Source of the DNA: Candidatus Latescibacterota bacterium
GTDB lineage: Bacteria > Latescibacterota > UBA2968
Direction of reading: 5' to 3'
Assembly (NCBI GenBank): GCA_965208125.1
Contig: OZ242320.1
Location: forward strand, 384,001 to 448,000
Length of the DNA: 64,000 nt
Below, in pieces: positions 1 through 9,943 of this stretch (positions within the stretch are counted from its first letter, which is position 1; the number at the start of each line of letters is the position of its first letter). The translations under genes and the position numbers were made by a program. The notes below the pieces were generated by a model that saw nothing but the letters and a program-made list of their open reading frames with translations, ran no database searches and was not told where the DNA came from.

Positions 1-15
1 GGAAAGTATAGTTAT

Positions 16-804
16 TTACTCACCCCTCCACACCGTCGGAAAGTGTTCCCCCCGCAAAATTTCGCCATCTTCCACGGTCACAAATTCTTTCATCACGTGA
101 TTGCCGCTCGCATCGTAATACGTATCCTGCGTCATATAGTGAATCGCAATCGCACGACGGGGTCGCTTGCTGCGATTATCGTGCGAACCGTGCCAGGTCA
201 GTGCGTGGTGATAATGCACCTCGCCCTTTTTTACCGGTCGGCGCACCACCGATATGGACTGACCTTCAAACTCTGATGGCATAGCACCAAAGTCCTTTAC
301 CTCCCTTACAAACGCAATCTGATTGCCCCACTTGTGCGAACCCGGCACCATACTCATACACCCATTCTCTACATCCACATCGTCCAACGCCACCCACGCG
401 CTCACCTCTGTCATCGGCCGAATAATCGGCCACAGCGGCGCGTCCTGATGCCATCCGGTCGTCCCCCCAATTTCAGCGGGCTTGTACTGAATCTGATCGT
501 GCCAGATACGCAACTCCGTCGCCCCGGTCAACTGCGCCATTTCCTCCACAATCTTCTCTGAATACATCAAATTCTTAAACGACTCACTCGCTTCCCAAAT
601 ATTCACAATCTGCCAGACCGGCGCCGAATCATTACCGCCCAAATTGCGCAACAAAACCGGCTGCGACACATCATCGCGGTCTTTATTCTCAATCACCCGG
701 TACAATTCCTCGCGCAACACCTCGACCTGCGCGTCGTCCAGCACCGGACCCCCATTCAAAAACCCATTCTCGTGAAACTCCGCCACTTGCTCTTCTGTCA
801 GCAT
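16..804 (-). CDS. Phytanoyl-CoA dioxygenase (PhyH) family Fe(II)/2-oxoglutarate dioxygenase
   Basis: WHQD (HxD) and distal WHGS His, SAWVALDD, NGCMxxVPGSH, RRA motifs; RBS AGGAG. Confidence 0.9.
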   Translation of the reverse strand: MLTEEQVAEFHENGFLNGGPVLDDAQVEVLREELYRVIENKDRDDVSQPVLLRNLGGNDSAPVWQIVNIWEASESFKNLMYSEKIVEEMAQLTGATELRIWHDQIQYKPAEIGGTTGWHQDAPLWPIIRPMTEVSAWVALDDVDVENGCMSMVPGSHKWGNQIAFVREVKDFGAMPSEFEGQSISVVRRPVKKGEVHYHHALTWHGSHDNRSKRPRRAIAIHYMTQDTYYDASGNHVMKEFVTVEDGEILRGEHFPTVWRGE

Positions 805-856
805 AGATTAGTCTCCTGAAAAAACATCCTTCACACTACGCCCCGCCGGTGGGTGC

Positions 857-882
857 GGGCGACCACAGGGGGTCGCCCCTAC
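857..882 (-). repeat. GTAG-family REP-like palindrome
   Basis: Minus strand GTAGGGGCGACCCCCTGTGGTCGCCC: GTAG head plus GGGCGACC/GGTCGCCC stem; intergenic. Confidence 0.7.
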
Positions 883-899
883 ATTTCATACTTCATACT

Positions 900-2132
900 T
901 CACACTAAATTCCCCTCCGCCCGGCTATTCCTTCCCACAACAGCAACAGCCGCCTCCATCCCCACACACAAATTGCTACCGATCAAATTATAGTCGCTCT
1001 CACCACTCTCCTCAATACCCTTCAACTGCGTCGGCTTTTCCTGATCATCCGCACACCGATTGCCCTGCACAATCGAATGTGTCAAATCCTGCACGCGGAT
1101 ACCGGGATATTTTCCCTTCTCCGCCCGGGAATTGCTCAGCAACAAATTCCCCGTAATCACCTGCTCATCCCCTCTATTGGCATCTATCCCGCACATCCCA
1201 TTGTACGAACACACATTATTACTCACAATATTGTGGTGATCCCCGCCATTTGCCACACCGCCAATCCCGTGTTGTCCATTTTCGGAAAACACGCTATCGC
1301 TACACACCGAATGATGTACCCGCGCGCAAAAATAATACCCATCGCCCCCATTTCCCTTCCCGATATTGTGCGACCACACACTGCGCGCCAAACCCGTTCC
1401 GGGATGAAATCCATGCCCGCGACACTCGTGAGCCTGACAATGCGCCACCTGGGCATCGCAACCGCGCTGAATCCCAAACCCATCGCTGGGCCATCCAAAC
1501 ACCGAACAATTCAGAACGCGCACGCGCTCACACCCCACAATATGCATTGCCGAATACGTAAAATCCCACCAATCACCCTCGTAATCCTCGGGTCCCTTAA
1601 TCGTCAAATCCCGTATCTCAACATCCGTCTCACCTTCTGACCATATACAGGGAAACAGATTCACCACCCGGGCATTGTCATTCGCCAACAACCGCCGATT
1701 AAACGGCACACTCATCCACACGCGATTGCCCACAACCCGCTCAACCTCCCCGTGCGTACCCCACCATCCCCTGTGCTTATCGTCGCAAACCCCAATCCCC
1801 TCACCCACGCGAAAAGGCGGACTGGTCTTACAGGTCAACACCCGACCACCTTTGCGAATATCCTTTGACAGATAAGCCACCTGCAAAGGCCGAATCTTCA
1901 ACACCGTCGCCGGCCCATCGCCGACCAGACTCACCCGACTGGGTACGTACAGCGTCTTGCGCAAAAGATACGTACCCGAAGGGACACGCACCCTACCCCC
2001 GCTCTCTGGCAAAGATGCAACCGCATCCTCCAGACCACATGTCATCGACTCCCGATCAAAAAAATCCGCTGCATTCACCTCATCTCGCGGCGCATCGGGC
2101 AATGGAATTTCTCTCACTGGCATAGCAGGCAT
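900..2132 (-). CDS. Right-handed parallel beta-helix (pectate lyase superfamily) protein
   Basis: GGRVRVPSGTY, VSLVGDG, repeated xxNxxxxNxxxGI beta-helix units; RBS GGAGGAGG. Confidence 0.8.
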   Translation of the reverse strand: MPAMPVREIPLPDAPRDEVNAADFFDRESMTCGLEDAVASLPESGGRVRVPSGTYLLRKTLYVPSRVSLVGDGPATVLKIRPLQVAYLSKDIRKGGRVLTCKTSPPFRVGEGIGVCDDKHRGWWGTHGEVERVVGNRVWMSVPFNRRLLANDNARVVNLFPCIWSEGETDVEIRDLTIKGPEDYEGDWWDFTYSAMHIVGCERVRVLNCSVFGWPSDGFGIQRGCDAQVAHCQAHECRGHGFHPGTGLARSVWSHNIGKGNGGDGYYFCARVHHSVCSDSVFSENGQHGIGGVANGGDHHNIVSNNVCSYNGMCGIDANRGDEQVITGNLLLSNSRAEKGKYPGIRVQDLTHSIVQGNRCADDQEKPTQLKGIEESGESDYNLIGSNLCVGMEAAVAVVGRNSRAEGNLV

Positions 2133-2153
2133 GACATCCTCCTCCTGATTCTT

Positions 2154-2873
2154 TCAAGCACTCTCCAAAAACACCGTCACCCCCATATCGGCGTATTTCT
2201 CGCGCGTATCCGGCGTGCGGTTGCGATGACAGACCGCCACGCCAGTCCCTTCCAAAGACCTGCACAAATACGCGATCGTATCATCTACAGACTTCAACCA
2301 GTGTTGCGGATGTGCCTTAATGCTCATAGACAAATCCGTCGGACCCATCGACAAACAATCCACACCCGCCTTCGCGAGCAAATGCCCGCGCGTTGCGGCC
2401 TCTACCGACTCAATTTGCAACCACAAAACCCCAAAACTATTCCACCAATCGGCGTACTCCTCCGTGGTTTTATCTTCCGTGCCTCGCCGATGTCCCCCGC
2501 CAAAACTGCGCCCTCCGGCCGGCGGATAATAAAAATAGTGCAACGCATCATCAACCGTCTCTTCCAACTCAGTCTGCGGAATCTCGATCCCACACGGTCC
2601 CAAATCGAGATAATTGCCAATCAAATAGGCATTGCGCGTGTGTTTAATCCGAAACTGCACGAACACATCGCGCTCGGCAGCCATATCGCAAAACGCCGCA
2701 ATGCGCTCTTCGCTCAATGGCGTATGCTGGCTGTCAATAGACACGAAATCGTAATCATCTCCATCCATAATCTGATCGAATCGATCCGGCGGTGTATTCG
2801 GTGCCATAGACACGCCAATAATGTGTTCACCATTGCGGTATTTCTGCTTGAGTCCAATTGCGTTTTCAAACAT
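2154..2873 (-). CDS. HpcH/HpaI aldolase family protein
   Basis: DFVSIDSQH, YLDLG, YPPxGxRS, QIES, GPTDL; start reset to ATG 2873 after AAGGAG. Confidence 0.85.
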   Translation of the reverse strand: MFENAIGLKQKYRNGEHIIGVSMAPNTPPDRFDQIMDGDDYDFVSIDSQHTPLSEERIAAFCDMAAERDVFVQFRIKHTRNAYLIGNYLDLGPCGIEIPQTELEETVDDALHYFYYPPAGGRSFGGGHRRGTEDKTTEEYADWWNSFGVLWLQIESVEAATRGHLLAKAGVDCLSMGPTDLSMSIKAHPQHWLKSVDDTIAYLCRSLEGTGVAVCHRNRTPDTREKYADMGVTVFLESA

Positions 2874-2884
2874 GAACGTCTCCT

Positions 2885-4138
2885 TTAACTGTGATTGCTC
2901 TTCTCCCATTCTCGAAGTTTATCTGCATTTTCGCGCACCTTGACAAATGCGCGCGACATATCCCGCATCCGCGTTTCAGAAGTCAGCAAAGCCCTCTGGC
3001 TTATCGACAGCCGCTCCTTGCAATACTGCTCGACCTTTGGCAGGTGCAACGAGCGATAATCCTGCGCCGTATCTGTCCACGCAAAAGGCGTATAATCACG
3101 CGCTTTCCAATCCTCTTGAAAAACCGGATGTTTGTAAACCGGCGTCTCGTATCCCGTACTCACTGGCACCCCTTCAGCGCGTATTGCCCTGACAAATGCA
3201 TCGCGAGAAACGCCTTCAAACGCTTCGGATAAATACCGCGCACCATACACATGCCAGTTGACCCGGGTTGCATCTTCCAACCGGTGAATCGGCTCAATAC
3301 CCTCAACCTCCGACAACGTACGCGTCAACATCGCCCCATTTTGTTCGCGGATCTCCGTATGCTCGGGAATGCGCTTCAACTGGCACAACAAAACCGCAGC
3401 GACAAACTCCGTCATCCGGTGGTTGCCACCCCATTGTCGAGATTCCTCCGTACGACCATACCGCGACCGCCCGACATTGACCGCACAGCCAATCGCATCG
3501 GCAATTGCCTCGTCATTGGTCAGGGCAATGCCCCCATCTCCACCCGTCATATTTTTGCTCTGCTGAAAAGAAAACCCCGAAGCCAGTCCCCAACTCCCCA
3601 GCCCGCGATCTCGATAAGTCGATCCCCACCCGTGCGCCGCATCTTCTAAAATCGCGAGATTATGACGCTCGGCAATATCCAATAACCGCTGGAGATCACA
3701 CGCCAACCCACCAAAATGCACCGGCATAATCCCCTTCGTTCGATCTGTAATAAGGCTCTCGACCTCCGCCACATCGAGATTATTGGTATCCGGGTCTATA
3801 TCGCAAAAAACAACCGTAGCACCTGCTTTTAGAATCCCCGAACACGTACCGATAAATGTATAGGCACTCGTAATCACTTCATCGCCTACGCCAATACCCG
3901 CACCGCGACAAATCATCTCCAGAGCCACAGTGCCGCCCGTACACGCGACCCCGTATTTCGCATCTTGAAATGCCGCAAATGTCTCTTCAAACTCCTGGCA
4001 CTTCGAGGAATTATACCACGCCCGACTCTCCAGCACCTCAATAAGCGCATCTCTTTCGGCCACATCGTACATCGGCCATAAAATATCATCCTTTTCTTTT
4101 ACCTCACGCTCGCCACCCAACAGCGCTAACTCTGCCAT
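2885..4138 (-). CDS. DegT/DnrJ/EryC1/StrS PLP aminotransferase
   Basis: LALLGG start, GTVALE, PVHFGG, EDAAH, FSFQQSKNMTGGDGG; start reset to 4138 after AAGGAGG. Confidence 0.9.
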   Translation of the reverse strand: MAELALLGGEREVKEKDDILWPMYDVAERDALIEVLESRAWYNSSKCQEFEETFAAFQDAKYGVACTGGTVALEMICRGAGIGVGDEVITSAYTFIGTCSGILKAGATVVFCDIDPDTNNLDVAEVESLITDRTKGIMPVHFGGLACDLQRLLDIAERHNLAILEDAAHGWGSTYRDRGLGSWGLASGFSFQQSKNMTGGDGGIALTNDEAIADAIGCAVNVGRSRYGRTEESRQWGGNHRMTEFVAAVLLCQLKRIPEHTEIREQNGAMLTRTLSEVEGIEPIHRLEDATRVNWHVYGARYLSEAFEGVSRDAFVRAIRAEGVPVSTGYETPVYKHPVFQEDWKARDYTPFAWTDTAQDYRSLHLPKVEQYCKERLSISQRALLTSETRMRDMSRAFVKVRENADKLREWEKSNHS

Positions 4139-4152
4139 ATTTCCCTCCTTGA

Positions 4153-4641
4153 TCAATCCCTCTGCAAACATTCGACCAGCAGGTCCAATGCTTCGCGGGC
4201 GAACACTTCCATATTCTCTCCCCGATTCTCGCTACCCGTTGCGATAGCAATCGCCCGCTCGGTATCTGGCCCCACAACGCCGATACACGTATGGCCGGGC
4301 GGATCGCCGTACCGATTTCCCGTCGGACCAGCCGCGCCTGTCTCGCCGATACCCCAGTCAGCCCCCAAACGTTCGCGCGCAGCGCGAGCCAGATGCAGGG
4401 CATGCGTCTTTGTCGCAGCCCTCGCCTCGCCCATTGCCGCATCGGAAACAGCCATCAATATTTGCTTTGAGTCACCCGTATAACACACCCCACCTCCCCT
4501 GAAATAAGCCGAAGCCCCCGGCACAGCCAAAAGTGCAGCAGAAATGATACCACCCGCCGACGACTCGGCCACCGCCACAGTCTGCCCCTTTTCTTTTAGC
4601 AATGCACCAACATCTGTGGCCATTGTCTTAAAATCCGCCAT
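4153..4641 (-). CDS. CinA C-terminal domain / PncC-like amidohydrolase
   Basis: VAVAESSAGG, VPGASAYF, ETGAAGP. Confidence 0.85.
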   Translation of the reverse strand: MADFKTMATDVGALLKEKGQTVAVAESSAGGIISAALLAVPGASAYFRGGGVCYTGDSKQILMAVSDAAMGEARAATKTHALHLARAARERLGADWGIGETGAAGPTGNRYGDPPGHTCIGVVGPDTERAIAIATGSENRGENMEVFAREALDLLVECLQRD

Positions 4642-4666
4642 ATTAGACCTCTAAATTGTTTGGTAT

Positions 4667-6439
4667 TTATTCGTCTTCTTTTGATCTTCTATCCCCTACC
4701 GGAGCCTCAACGCGAACCGTTACAATATCCGCATCGTGATATTGCTGGTGGCGCACAGACGACGTGAAATGCTGAAGCAAACGCAGCGAGATTTCATGCT
4801 CGACCGGCATCTCGTCTGTATGTTCTCTGAGATAGGCCATGCGATCCTCAATATTTTCCTCACCAGTCGAAGCGATAAACTCGAGTTCCGCGCCATTGCT
4901 TCCATCGCTGCGCACAATTAGAAGCAGGCGTTTTCCCGCTTGTTCGCCCTCCCCTTGCTGAATGAGAATCAGAAGGGTTTCCTCCGCAGATAGACATAAA
5001 CGATTCGTCATCTCGGCATCCCACCCCCTGCGCGAGGCAAACTTTTCGAGGAAGGCCGTGATTTCTGGCAAAGCCTCGACAGTGAGCGCCGTCTCAATGC
5101 GCTGCCGGCGCGGTGCTGTCAACTCCATAAACAGCGTCAGAAAAATCGCCGTGAGACCGCCAGCTGTCATCCCATTGCCGAGTAGCGCCCCCCACCACTC
5201 TCCGAGATATTCCGCAAAAATGGCCTGATCCTGAAACCCCACACCAATCCAGAATGCGACGCCCGCGATCATCGCCTTGCGATAATCTACCCCATCCTGG
5301 ACGATAATCCGCATACCCACAACAAAGAGAAGTGCCAGCAGCACCGTCACATAGGCTCCGACCACGGGATTGGGGATTGCCAGCAGTAGTGCCGATACCT
5401 TGGGAATAAAGGACGCCACCACAAATACGATGCCAATACACACGCCGACGCCGCGCGCGGCAACGCCGGTGAGTTCTGTGATTGAAACACTTGACGAGTA
5501 GGTCGTGTTTGGAACTGTCCCCGCAATACCAGAAAGCAAGTTGCCCACGCCATCTGCGGTAACTGCGCCCTGCACCGCTCGAAAATCGGGCGCGCGAGGC
5601 GTACGCCACGAAACCTTCTGGATCGCGATAGAATCCCCTATTGTTTCGATAGCACCGACCAGGGTCACAAATATAAAGGCGGGAAGAAGCGACCAGAAAA
5701 CAGGACCAAAGCTGAGGTCAAAACCCGGCCAGCCACCACCTGCGGGAAAACCAATCCATGGAGCATCGATAACGCGCTGGATGTCGTACAGCCCAAAAAA
5801 CGAAGCGACAATACACCCCACGACAATCCCTATAATCGGCACCCAAAGACGCCACATACCCGAAACCCGCAGCGCGAGCACGACCACGACGAACAGGGTT
5901 ACAATAGTACATGTGGGCGCGGCAGCCGAGGGCGTTCCTTCGGGCACATCCGCCAACATATCAAATACGATCGGCATAACGGTCACCGCGATCAACATGA
6001 TCACCGTTCCCGCCACGGTTGGCGTAATGATTCGCCGCAGTAACGAGAGCCGCGTCGAGAGCGCGAATTGGAACAACGACGAAATGATGACCAGGGTTGC
6101 GAGCATCGCCGGACCGCCCTGGGCAAGTGCCGTCACGCAAACCGCGATAAAAGCACCAGAAGTGCCCATAAGAAGGATGTAGCCTGCACCAATGCGTCCA
6201 ACGCGCACAGCCTGCATCACTGTGGTCAACCCACTGACCAAAAGCGCGGCAAAAACCGCCCACGACAAATAAGGCTCGCCCCCGCCCGCGGCCCTCACCA
6301 CGATGACAGGCGTAATTACAATGCCCGCAATACAGAGCATGGCAGCCTGAAACCCGAGTGCGAAAGTAATGGTATTGGGGGGCCGCTCATTGGGTTCGTA
6401 AAGCACACTCTGGTCGCGGCGGTCAGTCTCAGATTGCAT
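4667..6439 (-). CDS. NCS2 (xanthine/uracil/ascorbate) permease with a C-terminal RsbW/HATPase_c-like domain
   Basis: NCS2 motifs (GTSGAF, ETIGD, ADGVG, PNTTYS, IPNPVVG) plus ~150-aa soluble C-terminal extension. Confidence 0.8.
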   Translation of the reverse strand: MQSETDRRDQSVLYEPNERPPNTITFALGFQAAMLCIAGIVITPVIVVRAAGGGEPYLSWAVFAALLVSGLTTVMQAVRVGRIGAGYILLMGTSGAFIAVCVTALAQGGPAMLATLVIISSLFQFALSTRLSLLRRIITPTVAGTVIMLIAVTVMPIVFDMLADVPEGTPSAAAPTCTIVTLFVVVVLALRVSGMWRLWVPIIGIVVGCIVASFFGLYDIQRVIDAPWIGFPAGGGWPGFDLSFGPVFWSLLPAFIFVTLVGAIETIGDSIAIQKVSWRTPRAPDFRAVQGAVTADGVGNLLSGIAGTVPNTTYSSSVSITELTGVAARGVGVCIGIVFVVASFIPKVSALLLAIPNPVVGAYVTVLLALLFVVGMRIIVQDGVDYRKAMIAGVAFWIGVGFQDQAIFAEYLGEWWGALLGNGMTAGGLTAIFLTLFMELTAPRRQRIETALTVEALPEITAFLEKFASRRGWDAEMTNRLCLSAEETLLILIQQGEGEQAGKRLLLIVRSDGSNGAELEFIASTGEENIEDRMAYLREHTDEMPVEHEISLRLLQHFTSSVRHQQYHDADIVTVRVEAPVGDRRSKEDE

Positions 6440-6455
6440 CGGTCAAATCCTTTCC

Positions 6456-7460
6456 TTAATGTGTTGCCAGCAACTCATCGCCATAAGCAAATAGCGCAGG
6501 TGTCCCACCCGTATGCACAAACACAACCGTTTGATCTCTGCGATACCATCCCTCGCGGATATGCTCAATCATTGCACCATAAGTTTTGCCCGCATAAACG
6601 GGATCGAGCAACAACCCTTCGGTTTGCGCGGCCAATAATACGGCTTCGTGCGCTCCGGGCGTCAATACGCCATAAGCTGGCCCCGCGTATTTGCCATAAC
6701 TCTCAAATTCATCTGCCGTAAAATTCAGATCCAAATTCAAAATTTTGCACACCTCATTCGCAACCTCGGCGAGTTGTACATTCTTTTTTTCATCGTCCTG
6801 TGGACTCGGACTTATGCCAATAATCCGCACATCAACACCCAGTGCTTTTGCACCAACGACAAGTCCGGTATGCGTATGCACGCCCGCACACACATAGATT
6901 GCATCGGGTATCACATCCATTGCCTGCATCTGCTCCCACAATTCCAAAAATCCATCCACATAAGACACGCTGCGATAATAATACCCATCCGAACTCGTGT
7001 TATAGATCCTGTGTCCATCGGCCTTTAATTTTTCAATGACGGCTACCTTCTCCTGCTCGCTCTCAATCAAATGCACCTCTGCGCCAAACAGATGCGTGAG
7101 CAACAAATTGCCATTCACGGGATCTGCATGGTCATCCTTGCGCCCCACCATCACCGCCTTCAGACCCAGTCTGGCCGCAACCGCTGCGGTCAACCGCGAT
7201 TGATTCGACTGCGATGCTGCGCCGTGAAGCAACACATCATACCCCTCATCCACAGCGGGTGCGACGGAATATTCAAACTCGCGCACCTTATTCCCCCCAA
7301 ACGCCAACCCCGTCTGATCCTCGCGCTTAACCAGAATGCGCGGCCCCCCCAACTTTTCTGCCAACCTCGGACAATCCATCAACGGCGTGGGCAAATCGGC
7401 AAGCGACAATCGGCTGCACGTTCCCAACGCCTCTCGAACCTCTCGAATAGAATAGCTCAA
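6456..7460 (-). CDS. D-cysteine desulfhydrase / ACC deaminase family PLP enzyme
   Basis: KREDQTGLAFGGNKVR, QSN, LLLDPVYxGK, FVHTGG. Confidence 0.9.
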   Translation of the reverse strand: MSYSIREVREALGTCSRLSLADLPTPLMDCPRLAEKLGGPRILVKREDQTGLAFGGNKVREFEYSVAPAVDEGYDVLLHGAASQSNQSRLTAAVAARLGLKAVMVGRKDDHADPVNGNLLLTHLFGAEVHLIESEQEKVAVIEKLKADGHRIYNTSSDGYYYRSVSYVDGFLELWEQMQAMDVIPDAIYVCAGVHTHTGLVVGAKALGVDVRIIGISPSPQDDEKKNVQLAEVANEVCKILNLDLNFTADEFESYGKYAGPAYGVLTPGAHEAVLLAAQTEGLLLDPVYAGKTYGAMIEHIREGWYRRDQTVVFVHTGGTPALFAYGDELLATH

Positions 7461-7477
7461 AGGTATTGCTCCTCTTT

Positions 7478-8524
7478 CTAATTATCTATCTCCACCGCCT
7501 GAAGCAGCGCTTTGATAAAACCAAATTGAAAAGCAAATGCCTGCTCGAAATGCCCTTGTGCAGTGTGGCCGGGCGCGTGATCGGGAACAATCATGTGCGG
7601 ATAGCCCACTTCCTTGAGCGCTTTCATCAGCACAAACATATTCATATCGCCCTCATCGGGATAAACTTCCTGAAACTTATTACGCCCACCCGTTATATTG
7701 CGGAAGTGGATGAGGTGAATTTTTTTTCTCTCCCCAAAATAGCGAATAATATCGGCCACTTCATTGCGCGGATCCACAACGCTCTCGGCCATGCAACCGA
7801 GGCAGAGATTGAGACCGTGGTAAGGACTTGGGCAAATATCTATAAAACTCTTGAACCCATCGTATCCACCCAGCACGCGATCAACACCTTTGTAACCCGG
7901 CGGCAACCAGGGATCGCACGGGTGACAGGCCATACGCACTTTGCATTCGGTGGCAACGGGAATAACGCGCTCCAAAAAGAAAGTAATATTTTCCCAGTTC
8001 TGTTCCGCTGTAACCGGTTCATCATACCGCGACGTATCCGCATCGGCCTTAGACAAATCCCACGTGGAATAGCGCACATCCCCTCGCCCGAGCGGAACGC
8101 TTTCCGTACGTTGATTTTCCATTTCGCAAAGAAAATACTTCAGCGCGGGAATACCTGCATCTGCGGCAGTGCGCACCATATCGCAGGCAATCTCGATTTC
8201 TTTTTCACCATCCTTCATATTCCCGCGCATAAATTCGGGCACAAAACTGCCATCGACATTCAGATGTTGCACAGGCAATGCCACCATTTCCACGGTAATG
8301 CCGTGTTTGGCAGCTTTTTCTTTTTTTTCTACAATCTCTTCCACTGTCCAGCCGCGACTGGGGTCTGGCGTAATTTCTCTGGCATCGTTGAGCGCCATAT
8401 TTGTAACACCACACCGCGCGAGAAATTCGAGATGCTCATCCGACGTAGAAAAACGCTGTGTACCAATATGCATGCGCGGATTTTCTGGATCCCATTCTGC
8501 ACCTGCGTACATTTCGGCTGCCAT
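7478..8524 (-). CDS. uxuA: Mannonate dehydratase family protein
   Basis: WENITFFLERVIPVA, ACHPCDP, IHFRN, PDEGD, PDHAP. Confidence 0.8.
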   Translation of the reverse strand: MAAEMYAGAEWDPENPRMHIGTQRFSTSDEHLEFLARCGVTNMALNDAREITPDPSRGWTVEEIVEKKEKAAKHGITVEMVALPVQHLNVDGSFVPEFMRGNMKDGEKEIEIACDMVRTAADAGIPALKYFLCEMENQRTESVPLGRGDVRYSTWDLSKADADTSRYDEPVTAEQNWENITFFLERVIPVATECKVRMACHPCDPWLPPGYKGVDRVLGGYDGFKSFIDICPSPYHGLNLCLGCMAESVVDPRNEVADIIRYFGERKKIHLIHFRNITGGRNKFQEVYPDEGDMNMFVLMKALKEVGYPHMIVPDHAPGHTAQGHFEQAFAFQFGFIKALLQAVEIDN

Positions 8525-8688
8525 GGTAATTCTCCTGTAATTTTTAATGAACTGCTACGCAGTTGACCACAATTCATCATGATAATGCAAGAGTTTCTGG
8601 ATAGCAACATGATTGGGGATTGTGGAGGGTATAAAATTGTGGTATCTTCTCACCTCCTCAAGCCCACCCCTATAAACAGGAACTTGTT

Positions 8689-9927
8689 ATGCAAGTCGAA
8701 ATCAACAAACACGCCTTAGATCGCGTACCGATATCGATCATTTTTGATGACTCTACTGTACTGGTAAATTTGAACTATTTTTTTATGAAAGACCGCCAGG
8801 CTGTAGATGGAACGGATTATCGCTGGGAAGATGTACCCGTGGTACATCCGGAATCGTTCACGCGCGAATTTGCCGAATTCTGTCTGGAACACGACGTGAA
8901 AGGCAAATTCAGCGTGGTACCGTGCCCTGCCGCGATTGGGCGAGTAGATCACGGACTCCCCCTGTTCTCCAAAGCGCAACAAGAAAGCTGGTTGGCGATG
9001 TGTCGGGAACTGATTATGCCCAACTACGACATCACGCCGGAAATGATCACACACACCTTCGTGGTAGATCTGGAAACATTGCAACCTGTTGATCCAAATT
9101 TATGGGAACAATGGGGATGGAACAATTTGCCAACCGACGAAGAAGAGCGGGTAACAAATTATATCGCGCTGGCGTGTGAGATCTTGCACAATGTGGGATT
9201 GACACCTGCAGGCGTCACAAGCCCGGGAGGATTTGGCAATCCAATAGACTTTTATGCAAAATGTGCGGAAAACGCCGTGCGCAGGGTAACGGGCACCCCG
9301 ACACCGTATCTATTTAAGCGCGTATCGTCCAGCGGTCCGGTAGATTGTCCGGTATGGTATCCCAAACCCGAACGCGGCGAAGCAATGGGTGAAGTGATCG
9401 CAGCAACGGGTGATCGCACGGGATCGTGGACTGGATATGGCGAAGTGGATGTAGATTATTACATCACATCGGATCTTCAGGGTGGGCGTTTGCCCGAAGT
9501 CATCGACGCGGGCGACCCTGCCGTGATGATCAGCCATTGGCAGGGATTTTACGGGATTCACAACGAGGACCGCCGCGGGTTTCGGGCATTTCAGACCATT
9601 GTGCGGCGGCTCAAAGAACGCGACCCCAATGGCGAGAAATCGCAATGGCGTAAATGCAGTGAAATTACCAACTATGCCATCGCGCGCGAGATGGCTGATA
9701 TAAAGGTAGAAGAACAAATAATAACACTCAATTTACCCGTACAGGTGCCCGAATTCACATTGCGATTGCGCGAAATAACAGTTGCAGGCGTAAAAATAAA
9801 CGGCAAACCCCTGACACCCGCGCTGACGAAAGCGGCCTTTCGAGATGGCACATATTATCGAGATGGCGATGTAACACTGGTAGCCTTTACGCCCGAAGGC
9901 CGAAATGTCAGAGTTGAAATAGCATAA
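8689..9927 (+). CDS. Hypothetical protein, possible polysaccharide-deacetylase-like fold
   Basis: Long ORF with RBS; IIFDD, KGKFSVVP, PEMITH, GVTSPGGFG resemble NodB-like barrels; function uncertain. Confidence 0.5.
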   Translation: MQVEINKHALDRVPISIIFDDSTVLVNLNYFFMKDRQAVDGTDYRWEDVPVVHPESFTREFAEFCLEHDVKGKFSVVPCPAAIGRVDHGLPLFSKAQQESWLAMCRELIMPNYDITPEMITHTFVVDLETLQPVDPNLWEQWGWNNLPTDEEERVTNYIALACEILHNVGLTPAGVTSPGGFGNPIDFYAKCAENAVRRVTGTPTPYLFKRVSSSGPVDCPVWYPKPERGEAMGEVIAATGDRTGSWTGYGEVDVDYYITSDLQGGRLPEVIDAGDPAVMISHWQGFYGIHNEDRRGFRAFQTIVRRLKERDPNGEKSQWRKCSEITNYAIAREMADIKVEEQIITLNLPVQVPEFTLRLREITVAGVKINGKPLTPALTKAAFRDGTYYRDGDVTLVAFTPEGRNVRVEIA

Positions 9928-9943
9928 CAGGAAAAACAAAAGA

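Noticed and set aside
16-8524. Secondary-metabolite cluster (PhyH, DegT, aldolase, beta-helix)
   Set aside because: No scaffold-forming synthase; these families are commonly expanded and scattered in such genomes.
7466-8566. 366-aa plus-strand ORF
   Set aside because: Antisense shadow of the uxuA-like gene; no recognisable motifs.
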